From: Eledone cirrhosa
Taxonomy: Eukaryota
Reading direction: 5' to 3'
Length of the DNA stretch: 64,000 nt
NCBI GenBank assembly: GCA_964016885.1
Contig: OZ024742.1
Location: 281,604,001-281,668,000, forward strand
Under the pieces are notes generated by a model, which did no database searches, was not told the origin of the DNA, and saw only the letters and a program-made list of their open reading frames with translations. Of this stretch, positions 43,760 through 57,941 are shown one piece after another. Positions within the stretch are counted from its first letter, which is position 1, and each line of letters begins with the position of its first letter. A program made the translations under genes and the position numbers.

Positions 43760-43970
43760 ACGGGGTGGGGGGTAAAGTTCCCTTTCGGTAAGGAATGACC
43801 ATTGGATTTGCACCTAGAAATGTTCTCTTCTCTACCTGCCACCGATGTTGTCCAAGGCAAAGGCAAAAGCCAATACAGCTTGGCAATAGTGACGTCGCAA
43901 CTCATTTCTACAGCTGAGCGAACTGGAGCAACGTGAAATAAAGTGTCTTGCACAAGAACACAACGCAAAG
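43760..43970 (-). mobile_element. CORE-type SINE
   Basis: gttgtgttcttgtgcaagacactttatttcacgttgctccag; short relative at 41820-41878. Confidence 0.65.
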
Positions 43971-43980
43971 CCCTCTCCGT

Positions 43981-45610
43981 GCACTTCTCATGGGATGTTT
44001 AAAAAGAGCAGCAATACCACAAGACTGGGTTGATGGAATTCTGATCACAAAGGTAAATGAAAAATATCCAATTGTAACAACTTCCCTCGGATCACAATAG
44101 TGGAATCTGTTGGAAAGTTGATAACTAGGGTGAAGCTGAAGCACCTTTCAGAAAACATGTCCACCTATTCTTCCAGAAATTCAATCGGGTTTCAGTGAAG
44201 GACGGGGAAGTCTGGATATGATCATCTCGGCTTCACAGCTGCAGGAAAAATCTAAAGAACAGCACATGCCTTTCTTTCAGGTTTTTATTGATTCGACTTA
44301 TGCTTTTCATTCACTGAAAAGAGAAGCCTTGTGGATTATTCTAAGTAAATTAGGCTGCCCACAGAAATATTTGCACATTTTCCGAACGACTACATCGAGA
44401 TATGAAGGAAAACTTTCGAAACTAATTTGTGAAAAATGGTGTTCAGCAAGGAGATATTTCTGCTCCAACATTATTTGCAATATACTTTGCCATTCTCCTT
44501 CTTTATGTATTTCACAAATATGATCGAGGCATAAATCTGTGTTGCCGAACATCTGGGCAAGTTTTTAATTTAAGATGTCTTAATAATAAAGCTGTGATAT
44601 TCAATGTGTTCATTCCAAAATTTGTGTATGCTGATGAAGTGAACTTGGTTGCATACTCAGTAGTAGACATACAGTACACGACGGAAAAATACTCTAAAGC
44701 ATGTGCTCTTTTGTAGCTCAATGTAAGCTTAACTGAGACCAAGGTGATGTACTCTCCAAAATCAGGAGAACCTTATGGTATGCCAAATGTGTATGTAAAT
44801 GGGACTAGGTTAGTGGTGTGGGATGTTTTTGTGTATCTGGGAAGAACTCTGTCCAGGGACGGAAGTTTAGATGCAGAAATATATCTCCGAGTACAGAAAG
44901 TAAGCACTGTGTAACACTGAGGACAAAAATAATTGTGTATGAGGCATCTATGCTTACAGTTTTATTGTATGGATATGAAGCATAGACTACTCACCAGCTT
45001 GTGCAAAAAAAAAGCCTAAGAAAAGGAAAACGATTGCATTAAGGAAAATTTAAAATATTTAGGTTTAGATATAAATCAATTGAAAAAGCTAACTCTTGAT
45101 CGGAATACACAAAGAAAGACAAATCATGGTGCCAATTATTGAATGAAACGAAAAAAACAGAGATAAAATGGGCGCTAAAGAAAGATGAGTTTGTCCGGCT
45201 TGAAAGTGTTGATTATTGGAATTGTAATTTCTGTCACCGTGCCCTTCTCTCTAAAGCCGGCTTTGTAAACCACATGAAAACGCATGAACAGATAATGATA
45301 CAGGCAGCTCATGTTGCAAATCTCCCTGCACCTCCAAATGTGACTACTTGTCAAATTTGTGGCAAGATATGTCAGACAAGCACCAGGTTAAATCACCATA
45401 TGAAGGTTTATCAACATGAAATTCCACATCCTGATTCAATACACCCAGTATATACAATGGCATACATATGTTTATTGTGCCAAAGACCTTGTAAATCAGT
45501 TGTTCTATTGAAAAGTCATCTCCGTGCACATGGAGTGTGAGTGTTAATTTGCTGGAGAGATTGAGACGATGCTGAGACGGCTATCATTTGACAAGATGAA
45601 GCAATCATCA
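43981..45610 (+). pseudogene. Decayed RTE-clade LINE: RT plus three C-terminal C2H2 zinc fingers
   Basis: PEIQSGF..GR..DMI..QLQEK, GVQQGDISAPTLF, YADE, LLYGYEA; ORF 45139-45540 has CNFC..HMKTH, CQIC..HHMKVY, CLLC..HLRAH. Confidence 0.85.
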
Positions 45611-46067
45611 TGTATGTACATATACACACATAATTATATACATATCTTAATACATAGGGACGGCGCCAATTATTAATCCTATAAGTAGATCGTCATTTTA
45701 AGAGGCATAACATAGTGTAGAAGGTTTATAGACAGTGGAATGCGTATATCTGTGTGTGTGTGTGTGGGGGGGGGTATGTGTGTGTAAGTTGAAACCAGCT
45801 GTGAAACTTTCAGGTCGCTTCTTTTAACATCTCTTGACTGGCTTCTAGCTTGATCTGTGTCATATCAACGAACAAATAAGATTATCAGGTCTTTAGTTTG
45901 GAGAAATACATCTCAGGAGATATAATGATATTTCAGTGACGTCTAAATATGACCTGTATATAGCAAGCAACCAATTAATTAATACATTATTCTTTTGCAA
46001 CACGAGACCAGGTTACGCACATGGGCTGATATTGTGTGTATGTATGTATGTATGTATGTATGTATAT

Positions 46068-46500
46068 CAAAGAACATAGGAGCTCTTAAGAGTCAATGGC
46101 CATCCAAAATCACCGGGAGAAATGACCCGTTAGCCTTTGTCAAGGCAGAATTCTAGAAGAAGGAAAACTCTGATTTAACACCTGCAACCCTGATGGTATC
46201 CAATGATGTTGACTTGTTCTTCTTTTTGGTAAATATCATCTTGGTTAAGAGAGTGGGACTGGCTTTGTGAAGTGCCTTTGCACAGGCATTGCTTTATATC
46301 TGGAAATCTCTCTGCACTTGTCGTCACGTGGTACCATGGGCCCAGCACTATGTGTCAATAATTGTGACAAGTGTAGTGTTTGTACCAGAGTTTTCAAGTC
46401 GGTGGCTGGACTAAAAAGTCACACTCGTTCAGCGCATCGGTAGGAGTTCTCCTACATGGATATAAAGTAGTGGCCGTACTCGAAAACGAGTTGGCAGCCA

Positions 46501-46503
<3 letters not shown>
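46068..46503 (+). mobile_element. Bipartite non-autonomous RTE-like element
   Basis: Copy of 39140-39520, here with an intact 3' tail running into (TA)n. Confidence 0.65.
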
Positions 46504-46534
<31 letters not shown>

Positions 46535-48359
46535 GTATACATGATTTCACTGTCAAACTTGTTTGGAATATATTATTGTTATTGTAATTATTATCATTTC
46601 ATCAACCGTTAACTTTGCCTTTCATCCTTACGGGGTCGATAAAATAAATACCTGTAATTCACTGGTGTCGATTTCATCGACTTTCTTCTCTTCCCAAATT
46701 GTTGGCCTTGTGACTACAGTAGAAATGCTTATTATTACTATTAATAAGTCACTGTTGACAGCAACATCGAAGTTTTGCTTCTGGTGACTCACTGTCATGT
46801 GTATGAGTATACAGTTTACATTAAGTATATCCAACATACCCTTTGTATTTTTGCTTCCGTAATACGAAAGATGTTTTATGGGGGACAATCATTCAAGATC
46901 TGGTCTGGGTGGCCTCACTTCTAGTAGCTCATTTGAGTGCACCAAAATCCTTTCATTCATCATTTATGTTTCTTGAAAGAAGTATTTTTTGCGAGACTTA
47001 AATTTGATGCCATATTGATTTCATGCTACTGTTATTCGATTTTTCAATCCTGTTTTATTTACAGGAGTTTCGACCAGCAGACAATTTCACCAATGAAAGG
47101 CCATTGGTAGCATTGGCGATCGGCTCCTATCTTTTTCCTTTTGTAAATAAGTTGTAGTAATCAGGTACTTCTCGGTGTATGACTATCGTTTTCTTTGATC
47201 CATTACAAATGTTAATTTGTCATAGTTTTTCTTTGATTTTAATGGTTCGTATTTGTTTGGATTTATTTTGTTGGTCAATCTGTCGGTTGTTTCGTTTCCG
47301 CTGATCAACATAATTATAATATACGGTTTCATTTGATTTATTCTTAGGCTTTATCGCTCCTCAATATTGTATATTTTAACCTTTCTTTTATCCGCAGGAA
47401 TGTTCTCTTTAGAGCAATCATTTTCATTAAAAAAATACAATTTCTCTTTCTTTCACCATGCACTCTTTAATCCCTAAACAACACAATTCTTCTATAATCT
47501 TTCCAACACAAATATTTACCCTGATTCTGAAATATACCACCCACCCAAATATCTATTGCGCCCTTTTCATTATATAACTTTCATTCAATACTCCTTTTTT
47601 CACGTTTCTCTCTCTCTCTCTCTCTCTCTGTCGTTTTGCATTTTAATGTATTCTTAGGTTAATACTTCCACAATTGCATATATCTGTTCATTAACATTTT
47701 AACTATATTGTCAACGGTCAACGTAGACTATTTATCAATTTCGTACTAAGTTCTGCTAAATCTATCATTCTCAATCAAACATGTACGTATGTATTAAACC
47801 GTAATTTCTGGTGTAGTTGTAGAGCCGCTGTTGTTTATGGACATAAACCGGATGGAGCCCATGCCCTCTACAGATTTGAACACAGCAGATTTTCCAGAGA
47901 AGGAGAGATAAAGTGAAAGAGAGTAAAATAGACAGATATATATAGAAGAATCGACCCGAGTAGAGGACTGGTACTTATTTTATCGAACTCGAAGGGATGA
48001 AAGATAATGTTCACTTTGGTATGATTTGAACTCAAAGCGTGAAGATCCAGAACGAATAGCGAAAAAAACATTCTATCTGATGTTCCAACAACTCTACCTA
48101 TTCGCTATCTCATTCTCACCCATGTATATCTCTATATATGAAACTTGCTATCTCTCATTTTTCCTTTCAAATTTAATCTTTCTTTCACTGCCTCTCTCTC
48201 ATTCTCCTCTATTCGAATTGTCCACCTTTTCACCCTACTCAACAACAGTCAATTCTTTATCTGAGCAAATATCTTTACGTTTCTCTCCTAAAGTGGATTA
48301 TATGGTACTTCATGTAAAGAGGAATAGTTTGAGTCACGTATTTTTTGCAGTAGATGGCG

Positions 48360-48491
48360 ATATTATGGTTGTGGTGATGGTGGTGTTTGTGTTGGTTAGG
48401 GTTTGGTTCGGGTGTTGGTGGTGGGGGTGGTGGTATTGATAGAGTTGGGTGAGACGGTTTTTGTATTGATAGAGCTAACGTTACTGACAGC

Positions 48492-48568
<77 letters not shown>

Positions 48569-48810
48569 CGGCTGCAGCAGTGGTAGTGCTGGTGGGAGGT
48601 GACTGGGGTGGTGTTTGTGGGACTGATTCTGGTGTTTGTTGTGGTGGAGGTGATGGTGGTTGTACTAGTGCTGGTGCTACTGATAAATGTTGAGCTGGGG
48701 GTGGTGGTGGTGCTGCTGGTGTTTTCCGTGATGGGGTTGGTGCTGGTGCTGGTGCTGATGCTGGTAGTGATATTTATGGTGGCGCTGGTACTCTTTGTAG
48801 TGTTGATCAC
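48360..48810. repeat. (GTA)n/(GGT)n low-complexity tract
   Basis: Direct read. Confidence 0.85.
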
Positions 48811-49352
48811 GAATACAATATGAATGTGAGATACAGGAACAGGTGTGATAAATATGTCCGGAAGAACATTTGTGTATTTCAAATAACAAATATTTATTCA
48901 TACGAACACATACATACATACACGACTTACCTATACACACGCACAAAACCACTTATATACACATATACCTACCTACGTACATACAAACATACATACAAAC
49001 GTACATAAATACATACATACATAAATACATACATACATAAATACACACATACATACATATGAGAGACAGATATGATGTGTTCGTCATATTTTATCACCAA
49101 TAAAGACATAAATCACTCATTGCCAACATATAAGCGTATTATCTCTTTACAATAAATTTCTGGTACTTTATCAGTTTCTTGTTGTACTTTTTGTGGTTTC
49201 GATGTTTTACTGTAATTCTATAGATATTAGCGAACCATCTATATATAGACGGATGTATTCACCCTATCTCTATTCAGAATATATTTGAGGAAAGAAAAAG
49301 AAAGGTCAGCCTGAACTAGTTTCACTCCGTGTTTGGCTTATATTATTGACAG

Positions 49353-49532
49353 TGTGGATTGGCAGTATCGGTAGAGAGTCGGACGCCATGCTTTCTAGCA
49401 TAGTTACGTCCCTTTACGGTCTGAGTTCAAATCCCGTCGAGGTTAACTTTGCCTTTCATCCTTACGGGGTCGATAAAATAAAGTACAGTAATGTACTGGG
49501 TAATTGCTGGCCTTTGCCTGAAGTAGAAACAA
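49353..49532 (+). mobile_element. Nin/Deu SINE
   Basis: Full copy with boxes A and B. Confidence 0.9.
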
Positions 49533-49793
49533 TTATTGACAGTATACACTATTTAAATTTTTCTTAAAACCATTATTTCTAAGAGTGAAAGTAACGCGAA
49601 TAAACCGATCTGTTTATATAACGCATTCTTGGCATTTAGTTAGCTTATTGAATTACTGGTTCGTTAGCAGTGTTTTAATACAATGCTATAGCGTACTACA
49701 AAATGCATCTATAGATTTTAGCCAACACTGTACGCATATATATATATGTGTGTGAACAATTTGTTTCTAGTTATAATAATCTCGGATCAAACG

Positions 49794-49827
49794 GATTAAT
49801 TTCAATCTCGTGTTGAGTTTTCATCAG
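49794..49827 (-). ncRNA. Hammerhead core, degenerate
   Basis: CTGATGA-aaactcaacacgagatt-GAAA-TTAA-TC; stem I not recoverable. Confidence 0.45.
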
Positions 49828-49914
49828 TGATTGTGTACACTTTTAAAACTGCCCATGGTGATACTGCTTAAACAAACCCATTATTGCTAAGGGCTAAATG
49901 AAATCCGATAGTTT

Positions 49915-50180
49915 GTATGTATGTTCTCTCTTTCTCTTAATTTCGAGTATATTTTTGACGGCCACCTTCCTGGTGCCAAGGTTGTAAAACAAAAGAAATT
50001 GTCATCCAAGAATGTTTTGCAAACTTTGAAAGTGCCAGCTGTCGCAGCCATTTGTAGACTATGAATTAGGGAGCTGCGCTCTTTGTCCGCAAATCCAAGT
50101 TCAGTTATACATTGGTCCAAGCGGGTTGGTATATAACCCGTAGCTCCAATAATGATGGGTATGAAGCTAAAGGTGTATGT
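49915..50180 (-). mobile_element. R4/Dong-like LINE 3' fragment
   Basis: FIPIIIGATG...LDQCITELG...LQMAATAGTFKVCKTFL; same 3' UTR as 22460-22545. Confidence 0.7.
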
Positions 50181-50248
50181 ATATATATGTATGTATGTGA
50201 GTGTGTGTGTGTTTGTGTGCGTGTGTATATGTGTGTGTGTGCGTGCGT

Positions 50249-50337
<89 letters not shown>

Positions 50338-50904
50338 TGTGCGTCTGTGTGTGTATTGAGTAGATTTAATTATTTGCACTGTTTAACGTTGTTACGTCTT
50401 CGGATACTATTTTGATTTCTACCCCTACATCAACGTACGCCCTGATAACATTTTTATAGACTTTGTCCTCCGTTCTTTGAATAATCCATAAAAAGAATCA
50501 ATGAGAGAATGTGTAAGAAATCGTAAATAATTAATACCGAGTCAACAATTCTCAACTACAGTAAATGACAAAGAAATGTCCTACTGGATGGCAATGAATT
50601 TAAAGAAAACGAAATCATTGGTGAACCGTTAGCAACAACACTAACTAAAATATATTTTACAATTAAGAGAAAGCCACTTGAGATGCAGGGTGGCCCATAA
50701 ATTACTTTATAATTTAGCAATTTTATTAGTTTTTTACCAACTTATTTCTATGTTTTATTTTAGATTTTGAAAAAGTTACCGTGGAAATCTCGATGTGACA
50801 TATTTTCAAAATCTGAAATAAAAATTAAAAATGAATTAATAGTAAAAAATGTCATTAAATGTTCAATGATGAAGCTATTTATAGCCCCCTCTATATATAC
50901 AACC

Positions 50905-51420
50905 AGAAAGTGGGAAATAGGAAAAAGAATTCAAGAGGAAAATTGAAATAGCTAAAAGTCATTTGAAAGTATGTTAAACATTCTAATCTCAAGAAACATG
51001 AATATCGCCACCAGGAAATGGTATTTAAGTGTTATGTTTTGCCTACTCAGCTATATGGAGTAGAAACGTAAACATTAATTTAAATATCATCAAATAAATT
51101 AGAAGGTCTTCGTATGTGGACATATAGAAGATTTTTTAGAATATCTGGACAGAACACACAAAAAATTACGAAGTACTAACACTGACAAAAACAAAGACAA
51201 TTTTATTAAATAACTTCAAAGAGAGAAAACTAAAATATTTTGGGCATGTGTTTAGAAAGAAAAGATTCACATAATATGTTAATAGAAAGAAAAATAAATA
51301 AGTCGAAAAGAGGAAGAAAACCTAGAATTACGTAGGTGGATACTCTCCAGAATTGGTCTGTCATAAAATAAAGTGAATAGTTGTACTCAAGCTACAAAAA
51401 CAAACGATACCTAATAATGA
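50905..51420 (+). mobile_element. Decayed RTE-type LINE post-RT fragment
   Basis: LYGVET, MWTYRR..RIS, RKLKYFGHV, KRGRKPR remnants. Confidence 0.6.
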
Positions 51421-52358
51421 TAATTATGACAACGTACAATAATTCACCATAAACAGTTGTCTTTATTGTTGTTGTTTTGGTTGTCATTTAGCTCTGTTAA
51501 TGCAACCTTATGACGGAAATCATACTTCTATGACCCCTTCATATTTTTCTATTATATATAACAATTTTGATAATAAACCTACTTAAATTGTCCTTGTTTC
51601 TACAATAGAGATCTATTTATTTTAAACATTTTTATATTTATATAGAAACCATTATAACTGTATATAGGAATTTTTGTTATCTTAAAAATTTCACAATAAA
51701 GAAATTAGTTCGGTTACTAAATTTGTGATTATTTCAAAATTATGTAGAAATTATAGGCAATATGTTTAGTTTAAATATGGCAACGACAGTGTGAACGTCT
51801 ACCTTCGACTGCAGCAGCCAATATGAGTTTTCCTCCAGAGAGTAGGTTATGAGGGATGACAGACTTTAGCTGTTATTTCTAGCAAGTCTAACCACCTTTT
51901 GGCGCCTCCCCACTCATCGACTCATCTGTAGGTCATATGGGAATAACATTAAGACGATGATTAATTAGAAGATTTATTTATTGTAGGTTGAGAAGAAGCT
52001 AATTTGATAATAAATATGTCATGGCTTATGTTTCTTCAAGATTTATTTCGTGTTGGGAATTTAGTTTAGGGAAAAAGTTGCAATAATTTATATGGCGATA
52101 TATTTAATTTCATTCTTACAATAAGTTTATTAATATTTTTATTGTTTGTTTGTTATATAGCAGCTTTCTACTATCCATCTACACCTTGTCTTCACTTTTC
52201 ATAAATACTCCGTCGGTTTCGATGATGAGCGTTCAGTTGATCGAGTGATCAAGTTCAAGTCATTAAGTTAACGTGCAAAATAGTTGAGTATTACAAAGAC
52301 AAGTGTACATTCCTATTATTCGTACATTGTAATGTACATGTGTCGATAAAATACTCAG

Positions 52359-52416
<58 letters not shown>

Positions 52417-52689
52417 TGTATGTATATATATAATGTATATGTATATATGCATGTATATGTATGCAAAGGCAAACAGAAATAACAAATCAAACGACACTGT
52501 ACATTGGAGAAATATTTTAGTTTTACGCTTGGTATAGTGGGAAAACAGGCATAACGTTTCGAACGCTAGACTTCCATCAGTAAATAGAATGAGAAATTGA
52601 AGGAATAGAAAAATTGAGGAGATTGTGCAGTGGCCGAAATTAACAAACATTTCTTTGAGAAAACACAGATCTATTAAAGATGTTAAACT

Positions 52690-53210
52690 TCACCGAATTG
52701 GTAGCAAGACTTGGTCTTCCGCTGCAACTATAAGGCTGGTAGGCCACATGTCAACTCGTCTTGCTTAAAACCATGTCCACGATGATGTTTTATCCTTGAT
52801 ATCATGTATATTTCTTTCAAATTGACCAAATATTCTCATTCCTAGATCTTTTCTTTTCTCTTCTTCTCTTTGGTTAAACACTTCCTTTCCAACCATTTCT
52901 ACTGCATTTCTACTCATATATTCTGCTGTATATTGCAATAACTTTTCATCACTGTTTACCAAATATTCTGCCAGCGTTCTCCTTTCATCATTATACAATA
53001 ATCCACACTGATAAGGCCTCATTCACCATTCTTTCTTTTCGAGTATTAATATTTGCTTTAGGTTGTAAAGTTCCGTATATTGTCATTAACTTTCTCATCT
53101 TTCTATCCAATACTAATATTTCTTTTTCGATCTATCTGAGAATGGATGCATTATATCTAAACACTGCCACTGCTCAGATATTCATTGCCGTGATCAGATT
53201 TCTTGCATTA
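52690..53210 (-). mobile_element. R4/Dong-like LINE post-RT fragment
   Basis: NARNLITAMN..AVAVFRY, LDRKMRKLMT..GTLQPK, IFGQF..D..SWTWF. Confidence 0.65.
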
Positions 53211-53219
53211 TTATTATTG

Positions 53220-54000
53220 GTCGATTGGCAGTATCGGTAGGGCGTCAGACAACATGCTTTGCAGCATAGAGTTACGGCCCTTTGTGGTCAGAGTTCAAAT
53301 CTCGCCTAGATTAACTTTGCCTTTCATCCTTACGGCGTCGATAAAATAAAGCACCAGTAATGCACTGGGGTAATTGCTGGCTTTGTGCCAAAGGTAAAAA
53401 CAATTATTATTATTTTGAACTCAAACCGTAAAAAGTTACGGCCCTTTACGGTCTGAGTTCAAATCCCACTGAGGTTAACTTTACCTTTGATCCTCACGGG
53501 GTACCAGACACGCACTGGGGTCGATTTGATCGACTTTCCCTCCACACAAAAATTGCTAACCTTGTGCCTATGTAAAAAACCTGTATTATTGTTGATAGTG
53601 TGGTGGATTGGCAGAATAGGTAGAGCGTTGGGAATCTGCTTTTTCGGTATATAGTTAAGAAGGTTTACGTTCTGAGTTCAAAACCCGCCGAAGTTAACTT
53701 TGCCTTTCATCCTTACGGGGTCGATAAAATGAAGTACCAATAACGCACTAGGGTCGATTTAATCGACTTTCCCCTCCTCCAAAATATTATTGATTGGATG
53801 GTGGATTGACAGTATCAATATGTTTTTTCGGTATATCGTTACGAACCTTTACGTTCGTAGTTGACATGTCGCTGAGGGTTAGTTTTGCCTTTCATCCTTG
53901 CAGCGTCGATAAAATAAAGTACCTGCATCGCTCTGGGGTCGATTTAAATGAATTTACCCTTCCCTTCAAGTTCTTGGTTTTGTGTCAAATGCAGAAATAA
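53220..54000 (+). mobile_element. Cluster of four co-oriented Nin/Deu SINEs (about 53220-53403, 53433-53580, 53600-53780, 53798-54000)
   Basis: Each carries the tttgcctttcatcc..gtcgataaaat core or a deleted form of it. Confidence 0.85.
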
Positions 54001-54380
54001 TTATTTGATAAAAGATTTTGGCTGCTACTTTTAGCAGTTAGGGTGACCACGTAGAAGTATCCCCGGTATTTCAATTACGCTGAGATCATAACTAATATTG
54101 TCGAAAACCTTCTCAAATGGCTGGGCAAACCGTTATATATATTTGACAGCTTGAGCAGCTGTTTTGGAAGCTGTGTGAGGTAGCGGGCTTTCTACCTGGA
54201 GAAGAATCCGCGCTGAGTGTCACTTAGAAAGTCATTCTTCTATAAGAACATAAAAGTTATACTTTTCTCCTTTCCCTCTCTATGATAATTCGTTATGTGC
54301 CATTGCTGATATGAGAAGTAGACAAAGAGATAAGGCTGTAATTCTTAGCATCTGTCCTGTTTTCTGCCAGTTTACAATTC

Positions 54381-54567
<187 letters not shown>

Positions 54568-54850
54568 TTTGTGTATGTCCGTGTGTATAAATGCGTGTGT
54601 GTGATTGTGTGTGTACTGGAGGTGGGGCTGGTATCTGGCAAGCTTATCACTTTTAAGGAAGTTTTCGAAAAGTATCTGAAGTGATTTGATTTGACACTCT
54701 TTACACGTTTTTATGAGAATATGTTGGGGGAAACGACCCGGGTCTGTTCCAGAGGTCAGATTTAGACTATCTAAAGCAGATTTTACATTTTTTTTATATA
54801 AATATCGATGTAATGCATTAAAGCCATTTCCTTAATTTTTTTTTTCTTAC

Positions 54851-54913
54851 TTTTACTGATTCTTCGGGGGGAGAGGGAGCACGCATGGTGCTTTTCTTAT
54901 AGGCTTCCCTGTG
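54851..54913 (-). CDS. Candidate 63-nt internal exon of an unidentified host gene (HREAYKKSTMRAPSPPEESVK)
   Basis: Acceptor tacag|CAC, donor AAA|gtaaga, phase 0-0, only one open frame, non-repetitive; no homology recognised. Confidence 0.3.
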
Positions 54914-55199
54914 CTGTAGTGATGTAGTTATAAAAAAGATATGGCTCGAAATCTTGCAGCAGAATGGACTCTGGCAAAGGCACACCAAACTAGAATGTGG
55001 TGTTAAACTATGCAAGGAATTAAGACTAGTATTCAAGAATTCAAAATATAATCAAATACTGCAAGACTATCCACTACTCTAAAACGGTACTTTATTTCAT
55101 AGATACCGAAAAGATATAAGACAAAGATAAGCTCGACAAGATTTGAACTCAGTACACAGTGCACCGGGATAAATAACACTTGGCATTTTATGCTACATC

Positions 55200-55403
55200 C
55201 TGGTAGATTGGCAGTATCGGTAGAGCGTCAGACACCATGCTTTCTAGCATAGAGTTATGGCCCTTTACGTTCTGAGCTCAAATCCCGCCGAGGTTAACTT
55301 TGCCTTTCATCCTTACGGGGTTGATAAAATAAGGCACAAGTAACGTACTGGGGTCGACTTTCCGCTCCCCCCAGATTACTGGCCTTGTGCCTATACTAGA
55401 AAT
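55200..55403 (+). mobile_element. Nin/Deu SINE (a diverged minus copy lies at about 55060-55190)
   Basis: Boxes A and B plus core. Confidence 0.85.
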
Positions 55404-55603
55404 CATTTTATGCTACATCGTATCAACTCTTACGAATCGACAAGCATGGTAGATATATATTGAAAAATGGCATTTACAGGAATATTTCTCTTTTCTCCGT
55501 CAAGAACACGTTATGAAGGAAGCACAATAAAAAATATGAAAATTTTATTTGTCAATGTATATATGTATGTATACACACACACAAACACACACACAGACAC
55601 ACC

Positions 55604-55702
<99 letters not shown>

Positions 55703-55904
55703 CGTTTCTGAATTTCTTTAGCAAGATTCTTTATCTGAAAACGTGTGTTGAAACCAATATTGTTATACTTTGGGAGGGTCATGTTGCCAATAAGAAACAC
55801 ACGCACAAGTTGCATCACTTCAATTTATTATAATAAATTTATAAATTTAGGAATTTATAAATAGAGGCACAAAGGAGAGGCACAAAAACAAAGAAAAGAA
55901 TCCC

Positions 55905-55947
55905 GTCACTGAAGAGGTCACAGAATGTGTGACGAAAGAACTTTGAC
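55905..55947 (+). ncRNA. Minimal type I hammerhead ribozyme
   Basis: GTCA-CTGAAGA-gGTCACA..TGTGAC-GAAA-gaac-TT-TGAC. Confidence 0.72.
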
Positions 55948-56089
55948 AATATATAAACAACCATCTGGTTGTGGAACCAACCAACCGGAAATTTATAAAT
56001 TCCTAAATTTATAAATTTATTATAATAAATTGAAGTGAAAGCAACTGGTGCGTGTGTTTCTTATTGGCAACATGACCCTCCCAAAGTAT

Positions 56090-56134
<45 letters not shown>

Positions 56135-56312
56135 GGAGCTTCCAACAGTAATGGTTGCATTTTTTAAGGGTATGTCAATATTTATTCATAAAACTGCTCT
56201 ATATTATATTTTATCTGATGAAAGCACACCATAATTTAACTTGGTGTCATTGAAATATATATAATGAAATAAATATGGTTTTATAAATATAGTTTCCATT
56301 TGTTAATATCGT

Positions 56313-56419
<107 letters not shown>

Positions 56420-56420
56420 A

Positions 56421-56464
<44 letters not shown>

Positions 56465-56691
56465 TATATTTCGTTTCTGAATTTGTTTAGCAAGATTCTT
56501 TATCTGAAATCGTGTGTTGAAACCGATATTGTTATACTTTGGGAGGGTCATGTTGCCAATAAGAAACACACGCACCAGTTGCTTTCACTTCAATTTATTA
56601 TATATTTATAAATTTATAAATTTACAAATCTACAAACTTATAAATTTCTGGTTGGTGGGTTGGTTCCACAACCAGATAGTTGTTTATATAT

Positions 56692-56736
56692 AGTCATAGT
56701 CCTTTCGTCACACACTCTGTGACCTCTTCAGTGACT
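56692..56736 (-). ncRNA. Minimal type I hammerhead ribozyme
   Basis: AGTCA-CTGAAGA-gGTCACAgagtgTGTGAC-GAAA-ggac-TA-TGACT. Confidence 0.75.
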
Positions 56737-56898
56737 GGGGATTCCTTTCTTTGTTTCTGGGCCTTTCCTTTCTTCTGTCCTACGCCATTTGTTTCTGTGT
56801 GTGTGTAAGATGTACTGATATATATATATATATGTACTGATATATATATATATGTACTGATATATATATATACATATATACATATATATATATATATG

Positions 56899-56935
<37 letters not shown>

Positions 56936-57269
56936 GATAATAAGTTATCGCTTCAGGTAATCCAGTTAGAGGTTGTGAGTACTCTGTAGTATGAATAGTT
57001 TTAACGTACAGCATTGTTTGACTCAACAAGAGGTTTCCTTAGTTAGGTAGCGAGTTTGTGAGAATTCCCATGCAGGTTATTCTTGGAGTAATAATAATGA
57101 AAGAATGAAGACTAACATGGTCGGCTGTACAAAAAGGGTTTTATTTACAGTATTAACAATTGTTTCATTGATCATATATATATATATATATAAAAGAGAG
57201 AGAGAGAGAAAGAGAGGGAGAGCAAGAGAGAGAGAAATAGATAGATAGATTAATAGATAGATAGAGAGA

Positions 57270-57331
<62 letters not shown>

Positions 57332-57462
57332 GAAATCTGCATTTCCCGCGCTGCAATCGATTAGACTGCTCATAGATAATTTTGCTATCAGAAAGATTCG
57401 TACTACAGGGGAATAATTAAAAACGTTTTCTTATACTTTCATTGTTTAATATGATCATTATG

Positions 57463-57683
57463 CCGTTCTGAGTTCAAATCCCGCCGAGGTTAACTTTGCC
57501 TTTCATCCTTACGGAGTCGGTAAAATAAAGTAACAGTAATGCACTGGGTAATTGCTGGCCTTGTGCTAAAAGTAGAAACAATTATATATATATATATACC
57601 TGACGGCTGAGCTCTTGCCATTTCAACAGCTAGGTCCAGAGTCTGGAAACGGCAAAAGCTCAGCCGTTGGGTCCCGACTCATT
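57463..57683 (+). mobile_element. Partial Nin/Deu SINE (57463-57582) followed by a GUC-family palindrome (57598-57683)
   Basis: SINE core; gacggctgagctcttgccatttc / gaaacggcaaaagctcagccgtt arms. Confidence 0.7.
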
Positions 57684-57791
57684 ATAATATAAATAAGCTA
57701 TACTACACCAATATATATATATATATTAGAAAGTGAGGGTTTTTTTACAAAATGAAAAATAACCGAGGTGTCCTACACGCGTGAAAGTATA

Positions 57792-57899
57792 AAGAAAAAA
57801 AGATGAAATCGAAAATGCAACTGGAGCCTTATTTAAAATAATATATATATATTATTTTAAATAAGGCTCCAGTTGCATTTTCGATTTCATCTTTTTTTC

Positions 57900-57901
<2 letters not shown>
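57792..57901. repeat. Perfect 110-bp palindrome centred on a short (AT)n
   Basis: Direct read. Confidence 0.9.

Positions 57902-57941
<40 letters not shown>

Noticed and set aside
46940-47400. Possible mariner transposase remnant (minus strand)
   Set aside because: Only a faint resemblance (RSP, LKNRI); too decayed to support.
50686-50895. Possible Tc1/mariner MITE
   Set aside because: TIR match (cagggtggcccataaat vs atttatagccccctct) is too degenerate to call.
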